Shown here: positions 37,538 to 48,024 of the stretch, piece by piece | Numbering within the stretch: position 1 is the first letter of the stretch | How the letters are laid out: each line of letters opens with the position of its first letter | Origin: Pseudogymnoascus verrucosus | Taxonomy: Eukaryota | Length of the DNA stretch: 64,000 bases | Strand: one strand, 5' to 3' | Assembly: GCA_001662655.1 (NCBI GenBank) | Contig: KV460223.1 | Notes under the pieces: generated by a model | Databases searched by the model: none | What the model was told of the DNA's origin: nothing | Seen by the model: the letters and a program-made list of their open reading frames with translations, nothing else | Program-made: the position numbers and the translations under genes

Positions 37538-40500
37538 ATGAATACCGTATTCTCAATTCACCGGCAGCATCAGCCTGCCTCACGGCGCAAATCAGTGCGA
37601 GATCATTCCGGACGCTTCGAATGTTCCCATTGCTCCAAATCATTTACGCGGTCAGAACATTTGAAACGGCATGAACGCGCCCGTGAGTATAATCCACGGC
37701 CCTTGCGCGTATTCCTTCTCTAATCGTTATTTCTCCGTAGACACCAAAGAGAGACCCTTTGCGTGTGTATTTTGCAGAAGAGCTTTCGTTCGAAAAGATA
37801 TTTTGTCCCGGCATCTGAAGTCCTTCCACCCAGATTTAGGAGGGCCTGGAGAAGATGGTGAAATCCAAGCCGAAGCACCAAGGTCTGCTGCACACCCGTC
37901 TTCAATCCTGGTAGACTTCCCTACTTACCGGGACAACACCGACTCCATTGCACAACGACGACCATCTCAAAGTAGCGTTTCGTCAGAAATATATGGTATG
38001 TATCTCTACCTCTTCTTCTCTTCCTCCGATATCGTCGGGCTAAATATATACAACAAAAACCGTGGCATACGTACTAGGCTAAATTTCAGTCGCAGGAGAG
38101 AGCCCAATATCTGCTACATTAGAATCAACCCGACCAACAAACATGACCACCGATCCAGCCTACCAGAACTCTGCGATACAATTATCGCAGCCTCAAAACC
38201 GGGTTGGTTCGGTGAGCTCGCCTTCCGACAAGTGCACACCGACTCATAGCCCCGGAACTGTACAGAATCGTTCGCCTCTGAACCCCTCTACTAATACGAA
38301 TACTCATCAAACAACCAATTCCGAAGACGTGGGTCTTTTCTGGACAGAGAGCCACCGGCTGATTGATAATGGGGATTTTCCGTATGATAATGGTGTTGGT
38401 AGCCCTAGTATCCTTGACGAAAATAATTTCGACCTGCTCAGTCGACCTCCTAATGGGCACACGATGCCTCGGAACTCAGCAGCAACAGATATACAGCATC
38501 GTTCGCCTCTGAAAACCTCTGCTACTACGAATACTTTTCAACCTACTAGTTCCGACAATGTGGATATTTTCTGGACAGAAGAACAGCGGCTAATTGATAA
38601 TGGCCACTTCTCATTCGATGATGGTGTTGGCAGCCGTGTGATCCTTGACAATAATGCATTCGGAGATTCTTATAGCCCTCTTTTCAGTCCCTCGAGCGTT
38701 CTACAATCATTCAGATTTCAGTCTGCAAGTAGTAATAATGGCCAGCTATTGTCTGATGCCGAGTTGTTGTCTAAGGCACCTGCAAGGGCAGATCAGTCTC
38801 ATCCCCCAGCCTCTGTGCAAAGTTTTCCTGCCCTAGGGGAGACCAGCAACAGCCAAAACACATCTACATCTAGTGCTGAACAAAGACTACGGTACATGAA
38901 CGGGGAAAATGAAAGAAGCGATAGCTCAGAGCAAAAGATGCCGTATGCTGAGAAATTGCATACTATATACCCATCGATTTGTTCCCATCCCGATTCACTC
39001 CCAACAACAAACGCATTTCTCCGGTACATAGACTTCTACTTCAAATATTGCATGCCACAGCTTCCATTTTTACATCAATTATCTTTTGATCTCTGGACAC
39101 AGCTTCCCGCCCTGACACTCTCGGTGGCATCTATTGGAGCGATATATGCGGCCGAGCATGAGACTGCGTTTAGCCTGCACTGCCTATCGAAGCGTATTTT
39201 GAAACAGTTTGAGGAAGAGACCGCATTTTCAAAATCGAAGACTCCTTTGGAATATGTACAGGCCGAATTTCTGAATATGATGTTCGCGGCATGGAGCGGA
39301 GATGCAAGGGGCGTTAAATATGCTAGCAATCTGCAGAGTTCAGTTGTCGCAGTAAGTTCTATATATCATATTTATGGCATCGTTGCTAGGCTTTTTGTGA
39401 AAACCTTGGACATTGGCTAATTGGTGGGTTTTACAGAAAGTAACCCATTTGTTAAAGGACGCTGAGACAGAGGTTGCAAGCAATATCAAATTAGGGACCT
39501 TGCCAGATGCCTTGCACGGATACGAAGAAGTTAAAAGGTAGGTTTCAGAACACCCATCCGTCACATATATCGCTAACATCTCCAGACTCTTCTATGTCGT
39601 TTACATCGTGTCCGTTGCTTTCAGTTCTGCTTTTGGTTCTAATCCATTACTATTCAACCATGATTGCTCAACTATACGACTTCCATGCGAGGAAGATGAG
39701 TGGACCCAGCAACGGCCAGGCCCTCCCGACGCTCTATTCACTGCGTCGATAACGCCTATAGTATTCGATGAAGCTCTGTCTATCCTTTCAACAGGGAAGA
39801 TCCATGATTTTGGTTCTTTTCAATTGCGCATTTTAATTGCTGCTGTTTATTTGGAATTCTGGCAAGCAGCTTGTCTTTCTCGGGTAGGCGACAATGACAG
39901 CAAAAGCCCTTGGAAAGACAAGATAAGGCAAATGCTTCGGGCGTGGAAGGACTGCTTTCAAGAAGGATCAGAGAGACGTAGGGCCACTGGTACGAGTGGG
40001 CATGGGGCGCTAACATCTGAACCCCCGCTCACATTTGATGCTTTGGCATTGTATCGACACGTTCAGGTTGAGCTTGCACTCCCATTGCGTGTCTTTGGCT
40101 TACAGCTTCGTGATTATGACATTGCGCCAGAAGCCACTGCTGGCGCCCTGTGGCATCTTCGAAGTCAAGTACATCGATCTCTTGATATGACAGAAGCTAT
40201 GAATTATTGTCTGGAGACCCTTCGGATACCTCTGAGTAAAGGGACGCATTTCGTCGCGCGCACAGGTCCGTTATACTGGAGCGTTGAGCATGTTCCTCTC
40301 GGATCTATCTTGTGTGTATTGCTCTGTCTTTGGACGAGTCGTTTCAACGAGGCCGATGCCGCACCGGCTGACGAAATGGAAGAGACCATTTTGCGGCGAT
40401 TGATAGACATGTTACGTGATGCCGGGTATCGGCCAAAGATTCATAACCTCCCTTCAGTAGTCGCTGAGGTTTGGGAGACTATGCTAAACAGCTCTTGCTA

Positions 40501-40626
40501 CGTTTGGAAGGGTAAGAAAATGCAAAGCGAATACCCTGCAATAGCGCTGACATGGAGGTAGTTACTCCGGAATATGCGAAGGTGTTTAGATCATGTGTGC
40601 AGATCTTTGTAAATACTGTATACTGA
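37538..40626 (+). CDS. Tandem C2H2 zinc-finger + fungal-specific domain transcription factor (Adr1/AmdA-like architecture)
   Basis: [50 protein letters not shown] across an intron; YF..MPQLPFLH and IRLPCEEDEW middle-homology motifs; several GT-AG introns. Confidence 0.85.
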
Positions 40627-41224
40627 TGATACCTACTTAATGTGCAATGCGGTTGGGGCCTAGCTGTGGCATGGTTTGAGATTGAGTGCTTGCAGGATGC
40701 GCAAGTTGCATACAACTCCGCTACATGGAGAAACGAATTTATGGCCTGAGATGACAACCAAATGGGGCTATTTATTAGAAAGCGGGCAGGAAATAGGAAT
40801 CCTTGGCTGCATGGCTGAGGTTCACCAGCGTCAGAAAACCCGCGCATCAATCGTTTGAAAGCGCGTGTACATTGGTTTGCATTTGAAGAGGCGCTGACTA
40901 TATGGATGCAGCTTTGATTGAAGGCTCATGGGTCACATTCATTCACACATTACAAGATCCGTATAATCTCTATGTCAGGCTCCTGTACAATTGTGACAGC
41001 TAGGAAGAATGAAATTGGCAAATAATTGCGAGATGAAATAAATATTCCATTCCTAACGATGATACACACTCTAAAGATTACAACCGCGAGGTAGTAATTT
41101 CTCTCGGATGAAGATTAACCAGATTCCATGCTCGGGTGTTTCAAGGACTGCAGACCCGAACAGTATAAACCCGGTGAGAGGTCTCGAATGACAGCAGGAA
41201 CATCCGTTTTAAGGCTCCCGATGT

Positions 41225-43337
41225 TTACTTTGGGGTGTATTTAGCCATCAAGTCCCAACGACTCCACATATCCCGGTTCTTCTTTCCAAAGATATCTTAA
41301 AAAGGGTGTTAGAATACAGATGTAGAGTGACCAATTATGCAGATTGAGACTTACACATTGGGACACTGGTCAGGATCATGGCTGCGGAAATACCACCGAG
41401 AGTGTAAAACACAGTCTGGGCTCCACTAGTGGTGACCCAGTCGTTGATAAAGTTCGAGAAGCCATAGAACAACAGGTTCTTGGAGAAGGATGACCATACA
41501 AACACCTCCGTAGCAATGTCAGGGAACGCGTCACTTTTGCTCATGTTAATCATCTATGGGTGGAAGCAGCACGTTGGAGGTTCGACTTACGAGAGGTATG
41601 AACTTCCAGCTGCGTTGCTCACGCAGACGCCAATAGCAGCTACGCCATAAAGAGCTGCACCTACGACATAGCCTTTCTCAGTCCCGATGGACCATCCAAA
41701 AAGGAAGTAGCCGAGAGGAGCCGTGGCCAAAGCAAGCATGAAAGCAGGAAGGCGAAATTCAGGCTCGTAGATACCGCCATTGCGTCGTGCGAGCCGCATG
41801 GCGATTTTGTCGTCGAGCCAGAACATGATACCACATCCAAGGATGGCTCCGACGAAAGCTATACCACGTTAGTACCTGCGACCCAGAACGATGATTCGGA
41901 ACAATTGTTACATACGGCCTGCAAATAGATAGCCGACCCCAGACGGGTTTAGCAAGTATGGTGGTGGGAAATAGATCTGAGCGAGAGTGAACGAGATGGC
42001 GACCCAGAAAGCCTGTTGCTGGTTAGAATCGGTTCAAAAAAAGGCTGTTATTGTACACTTACGGTAATCATAGATTGGGTTGCCACAACGAACCAAGTCG
42101 CGGGATTCAGCAGTACAAGCATGAGGCGAGCAAGCATAACCAAAGCGCGTTTTGGCTCTGTATACGTCCCGCTGAATGGAGCTAGAGATTGAAGATAGGT
42201 CTTTGGCTTGTAAACGGGAGCTGTCGATGGGGTTATAGAGGGTACTTCTTCATGAGCTGCGTTGATCTTTTCGTCCATGTTATGTTCAGTATTGAGCTGC
42301 GCAGTGATTTGCGCGTTGCGAGGAGAATTGAAGGTTGTCTCTGGAGCAAAGAAGACCACCATCAAGAAAACTATGACGGCAAAGATAAGATAAATGTAAA
42401 GATTCCAATGCCAGCCAAGATTGTTGGTGATTTGTCCCGCAATAAGAGGTGACAGGTTCGAAATGCCCGTAAGGACTATGATTACGCCTGAGATCCATGT
42501 TCCACGCTCATGAGTGAAGAATCTATAGTGCTGTTAGCCATGATAAAAATTCACAGACACAGCTATTAAGGCTCCAAATACTTACAGATCTACAATTGTG
42601 ACAAACGCAATCGACTCAAAAGCAGAGGCTGCAAGTCCAGTGACCAACCTCCCTGCTCGTAGTGTTGAGTAACTACCGGAGGAGAAGCTAGCAATGCAAA
42701 TGATAGTTGCAACGACGCTCATTAATGTTGCAAACAGGTATTGAGATCGTTTGCCATAGATACGAGACAAGATGGAAACGGCAATACTAAGACGTGTTAG
42801 CCTTGCAGAAAAGTACAATGGCCCCCCATTCAGATATGAGGTAAGAGATGTACTGACCTCCAGCATCCGCTAACTAACAGCGATTCCCCCGTGAGTAATG
42901 AGATAGCAGATATTGGAACGTGGAGATCTGCAGCGATTACGACTGTTCCTGCGGACAAAAGAGGCCCTGCAACGGCAGCACTGAGTATACCAGCTAGAAG
43001 GATTGTAGTAATGGTGGTGTACTTCTTGGTCTGGGCCCAGTTCTACTCAGTGTTAGCAATGGCTAGAAGCACCTAGCAGGCACAGATCTATCATACCAAG
43101 GGATCGTTTGGATCATCGGATGGTTGAGGATTCAGAATAATATGAGAGTACTGTTGCAAGTTAGCTTGAACGGCCTGTTAGGACTTGTACAAAACTCATT
43201 CATACTTTTCCACTACCATGCTTGAGGACTGAGACATCGAGCCCGATATCAACGCCGGTGTTTGCAGCGAGGTCATCTAGGACAACAGTTCCTCGAACAT
43301 CTCTGCCATGCCCCGGCTCGAGTATTCCCAGAGGCAT
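41225..43337 (-). CDS. Major facilitator superfamily transporter (DHA1/Hol1-like), multi-exon
   Basis: MPLGILEP..GTV, PQPSDDPNDPL/NW, YGKR, DLFFTHERG, PET, EPEFRL and IFGKK motifs across many exons. Confidence 0.88.
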
Positions 43338-44393
43338 GTTGAAGAGAGTCTGTTGTGTTATAGTTCTAAGGGAAGAAGAAAGAAGCGTAGCGTATAGTGA
43401 GAAGCTTCGCCAGAGAAAGAGAGTTGGAGAAAAAGCTGGGGTTTTGCGGGGAATCTGGGGTTTGCGGGGAATCTGGGGGAGTTGGATATATCTTTATAGA
43501 ATCACGACTCAAAATGAGGCAGACTGGTTTCTCTATAAAATGCCAAGCCCAAGGTCCAATACAATGTACAGGTGGTCCTTGTTTCTAGGGTGGCCTGGAC
43601 GTCGCCGGCGTTAAAGGATTAGTGTGATGGAAATCGATTCTAGGCTGCTTTTGGTTGCGTGAACCCCCGCCTACGGTGCGGGCTGCTCTGTTTGGGGTTT
43701 TAGAGGCTATTCCCAGAAGTAGAATGGATGCGGGGGCCATAATTGCTAGATCGGGTTAGTATAGCCCACAACCCACGGCACGCCCATCCCCATCTCCAGA
43801 CAAGGTCTTTACCCATCAACCAGATTGCGGGAATTTTTATTAATGCAGGTGCATGCGCACGGGAATTGAGGATTTGAAAGGTCCCGTCCCGAGAGCGTCA
43901 CAATTGTTAAGAGAGTAAAGTGTGATTTTTAATAGTTTGCTTCTGGATCATCATCCCCACTTGTCTCCATCAGTTCGCCGGTCTAGAACTCATTGGCTTG
44001 TCTATGCGGTCTCACGCCAACCAAAGCAATTATCGTACTAGTCAAATTTGAGGTTGCCCCGCACAGAAGCGGGGAGGCCCGTGGCTAAATTTCAGGTCTG
44101 TTATGTGTGGGGTTCGTCCTATTTCGTTACCCCAACACTCCATAGCTTTAAATCCACTAGTACTGTATGGGGGGATAACATGCATATGGGCCTTACTCTG
44201 GCAATTATCAGATTTGACTCCTATCTTCTCTTCATATGTTCCGTCTCCATCTTAGGTTTTAAGTTTTATTGGACTCATTCTTCCGTGAATTACTTGCGAT
44301 CTTCTGATTAATTTTTGAAGGTTGATCTTTCCGGGCGGGACTTCTCTTTTTCGAGATATTCAACTCTCATAGACATATCAAGAAAACACAACA

Positions 44394-45374
44394 ATGGACC
44401 CGGGTGTACAAAACCATGGTGTTCCAGCGACGGTCTCGGTCCATGCGATTTCTGCGGGCTCCTTGACTCTCCCCGAACGGTTCTTCGTTCATCCAGCAGA
44501 CCCGGAAGCTCGCAAAACTGTTCCCTCGTTATCATTTCTTATCCAGCACATGAATCCATCGACAAGTAAGATAACGAGGATAGTTTTTGACCTAGGCATC
44601 CGGCGACAAATATCAGCCTACTCTCCCGAAATCCAAGCACATGCACAAACTCGTCAACCACTCACCACCGCCCCAGATGTTATCTCATCGCTCGCTAAAG
44701 GAGGCCTAAAAGAATCCGATATTGACTATGTCCTCATCAGTCATGTGCACTGGGACCATTTGGGCATGCCGTCAGATTTCAAGGCGTCGAAATTTGGAGT
44801 AGGGGCCGGGGCATTGGATTTACTATCGGGACGCACCAAATTAACCAACGGGAGCCATTCTTATTTCGAGGCAGGAATATTACCACCATCCAGAACTTTC
44901 GAACTGCCAGACCCCCTTCAAAACGATTCGGAAAGCACGCCAAGTTACCCAAGACCAGAGATGTTCTGTGAAGCCTGGAAGCCGTTTCATGCTTTCCCTG
45001 ATACGATGGACATATTTTCCGACGGATCTTGTTATGTAGTTTCAGCGCCAGGCCATCTACCTGGACATATTAACATGCTCTGTCGCATATCCTCACATCC
45101 TTTGAAATATGTTTTACTCGCAGGAGACGCATGTCATGATATCCGTATTTTGACTGGAGAGAGAGACATTGCTACATGGAGTGATGAAAGACTTCCACAT
45201 GTCACCTGTTGTATCCATGCCAGTGTCCAGGAGGCAGAAAAAACTATCGAGACCATGAGGAAGGTTCAGAGAGATGGGCTTGATGGCGGAGAGGTGGAGA
45301 TTGTATTTGCACATGATGTGGATTGGGCAGCAAAGAGTTTAAAGGAGGGACGGTTCTGGCCTGGGCATCTATAG
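44394..45374 (+). CDS. Metallo-beta-lactamase-fold lactonase/lactamase (AHL-lactonase-like), 326 aa
   Basis: FDLG, HVHWDH (HxHxDH), PGHLPGH, GDACH and C-terminal AHD zinc-ligand motifs. Confidence 0.88.
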   Translation: MDPGVQNHGVPATVSVHAISAGSLTLPERFFVHPADPEARKTVPSLSFLIQHMNPSTSKITRIVFDLGIRRQISAYSPEIQAHAQTRQPLTTAPDVISSLAKGGLKESDIDYVLISHVHWDHLGMPSDFKASKFGVGAGALDLLSGRTKLTNGSHSYFEAGILPPSRTFELPDPLQNDSESTPSYPRPEMFCEAWKPFHAFPDTMDIFSDGSCYVVSAPGHLPGHINMLCRISSHPLKYVLLAGDACHDIRILTGERDIATWSDERLPHVTCCIHASVQEAEKTIETMRKVQRDGLDGGEVEIVFAHDVDWAAKSLKEGRFWPGHL

Positions 45375-45727
45375 AAACGTTATGTGGTTCTGTTTAACAT
45401 ACATGTGCCCTAATGACATAGTGTTATCATCCCTACCATATTTTCCATACTTCGATAAAACATCATTATTCACGAAGGTATGACAAATCAATACTCGAAT
45501 GCGTAAAAAAAAATCCCTAGAAGACGCTTAGCTTAAGAATGAGGCCATTCCTATAAGTCTCAAGAAATTGGCACAGATAAGATAAGGTTTGTAGGAATTA
45601 AAGGCAGTGAATTGTTCACATGTAGGTACAGAGAGACGTGGCAACAAGGACCAAACTCATTCCAAAACCACCGAATCCGTTCCCCACCCTCACAATTCCC
45701 ACTACCCGATTCATCATTTGCATCTCT

Positions 45728-46162
45728 TTAAGAAGAAGAAGTAGAAAATTCAATCTCTCCATTTTCTTTCATCTCCTTGATGACCCTCCGTGCAGTATGG
45801 AAAGCATCAACACCAGCCGGCACTCCAGCATAAATCATCGTGTGCCTGATGGCCTCGCTGATCTCGTCCTCCGTCAGTCCGTTCCGGATGGCCCCCCTCG
45901 TATGCACCGCCAACTCTGGTGCTCGATTCAAGCACATAAGAATCCCGATGTTGAGGAGGGAGCGCTGCTTCTTTGTGAGGCCTTCACGGCCCCAAGAGGC
46001 CCAGCATACTTCGGTTACGTATTCTTGGATTGGCTTGCCGAAACGATCGGACCCAGCCGCCAATGCCTTGTCAACGTAGGCGTCACCGAGGACTTCGCGG
46101 CGGATTTTGATTCCTTTTTCAAACTCGGCAGATTTATCGGGGGTTGTAGGTGCTGAGGCCAT
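45728..46162 (-). CDS. Carboxymuconolactone decarboxylase-like (CMD/AhpD family), 144 aa
   Basis: GIKIRREVLG..YVD, W.R.GL..KQRSL, ELAVH.RGAIRNG and YAGVPAG motifs. Confidence 0.88.
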   Translation of the reverse strand: MASAPTTPDKSAEFEKGIKIRREVLGDAYVDKALAAGSDRFGKPIQEYVTEVCWASWGREGLTKKQRSLLNIGILMCLNRAPELAVHTRGAIRNGLTEDEISEAIRHTMIYAGVPAGVDAFHTARRVIKEMKENGEIEFSTSSS

Positions 46163-46576
46163 GGCTGAATTTTGCAGTAGTAAGAGAGGACGAATTGTGG
46201 GGTGTTTGGCGTTGGACTTGAAGTGCTGGAAGATACAGGAGTGTTTTACGGCGGAACATTTACTGTTGCTTTTAAGGCCAAATCATTTATCTAACAGTCG
46301 GAGATCCCAATTCCGTATCATTGTTGTGCGGGGAGATCACCCGTTCTGGTGTTGGAACTATGAGGGGTTGTTTCGATGTGGAGAAATTATTGAAGTGGTA
46401 GCTTCAAGTGGGGTTGGGCCAGACACGCCCCAAATGTTTACCTTTGAATCCAGCAGTACAGTGTTTATTTATGAGCAACTAGGGCAGTGAAACGCAATTT
46501 TGCATTCGCTCATATTGACTACCTTTAATAACAACCCTGAATTGCTTGATTCAACTACGACTCAGCTTAGATCATA

Positions 46577-47591
46577 ATGGAGACGACCGGGCACTCACAA
46601 AACCTTCCTCTGGGGGACTATGGATTCATTGGTAAGTCAGAATTCTTGGACGACTTCGCAAACCTCCTCTGATCAACTCCTAGGGTTGGGGATAATGGGA
46701 TACCCCATGGCCCAAAATCTGCGTAAAGCACTACCTCCAACGTCAACACTTGTGATATGCGAACTTTCACAAAAACAGATCGATAAGTTCATCTTGGAAA
46801 CCTCGCAACATGGCCCCATCAAAGTCGTTTCCTCTCCCAAAGAGGTCTCCGATAATTCGGACTTCATCATAACTATGCTTCCAAAGGGGCCTCACGTCCT
46901 TGGCGTATTCACCAATCCAACGAACGGCCTCCTTGCTGCCGCTCCATCCGCATCGCCCAAATTCTTTTTGGATTGCTCAACCATTGAGACTGCCACATCT
47001 CTAAAGGTCGGAAAAGCAGTAGAGAGTTCTGGGCTAGGCCGATTCGCCGACTCTCCCGTCTCTGGGGGTCCAAATGGCGCCTACTCAGCAACGTTGACTT
47101 TCATGGTGGGTGGTTCGACAGAGATCTTTGAATTGGTTTCCCCAGTTCTGGCAACGATGGGGAAAAGAGATTCTCTTTTCCATTGTGGGCCAGCAGGTGC
47201 AGGACTTGCAACAAAGCAGATTAATAACTACCTCTCGGCTGTGAGCATTATCGGCGTTTGTGAGGCAATGAATATGGGAGTTAGATACGGGTTGGATCCG
47301 AAGATCCTATCAGGCGTTATTAATGTCTCCAGCGGGAAATGCTATAATTCACTCGACCAAAATCCAGTCAAAGGTGTTACGTCAACAGCAGCGGCGAGTA
47401 AAGATTTTGAAGGCGGTTTCAGTATGGAGCTATGCAAAGGTGTGGTGGAAATGGCAGTCCAGCTGGGGAAAGATGTGGGCGCAAAGAACGTCCTGTCTGA
47501 TTTGGTCATGAAGACATTTGAAGATGCTAGTCAGGATGAGAGGTGCAAAGGAAAGGACTGCAGGTCGGTTTATAGGTATATTTCCGAATAG
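46577..47591 (+). CDS. Beta-hydroxyacid dehydrogenase (3-hydroxyisobutyrate dehydrogenase family), 2 exons
   Basis: GFIG/LGIMGYPMA across an intron near 46632-46683; TMLP, DCSTI, DSPVSGG, LTFMVGG and KQINN motifs. Confidence 0.88.
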
Positions 47592-47701
47592 TCGATGTGG
47601 TTTTAGGTACACGGAGAATTGAAAGAGATATCATTTGAGTAAACAAGTATCAGCTCCTCCTATAAGGCGATATTCAGCCAAATAATATTGGGGTTTTCCA
47701 C

Positions 47702-47860
47702 ATGCTCGCGATAGGAGTAAACAAGGGACTTATAAGTGCTCCAGAGCTCCCATTCGGTGGAATAAAAGAGAGCGGCATAGGCAGAGAAGCCAGCAAAAAG
47801 CAAATACGGGTTTGCGGAATATCAAAACATCAAAACGGTAACAACAGGCAATATCCATAT
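47702..47860 (+). pseudogene. C-terminal remnant of an aldehyde dehydrogenase (succinate-semialdehyde dehydrogenase-like)
   Basis: [26 protein letters not shown], then frameshifted [17 protein letters not shown]. The N-terminal ~400 aa are absent. Confidence 0.7.
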
Positions 47861-48024
47861 GTAGTATTTAGATGGCCCGGCCAACCAAAGTTATGTCATA
47901 GGGCAGGTTCTAGTGGTTTAGTTAACATCATCTAGTTTTGTCTTTATTTTATTTGAGATTAATCAAAAAGAGTGCGAATGAGATCAGTTCTAATTTAGCA
48001 GATCCATCATTTTTTAAAGGTATA

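Larger units (their letters stand above)
16853..46333. promoter_or_regulatory. Recurrent TGCGGGG/CCCCGCA motif in cluster promoters (dispersed sites)
   Basis: Sites read at about 16853, 16894, 19425, 21114, 21263, 28322, 28331, 30050, 32477, 32500, 36160, 37476, 43445, 43463, 43729, 44057 and 46327. Confidence 0.6.

Noticed and set aside
17015..47860. Classical secondary-metabolite biosynthetic cluster
   Set aside because: No backbone synthase, and the ring-cleavage/CMD enzymes favour catabolism. Tailoring of a product made elsewhere is not excluded.
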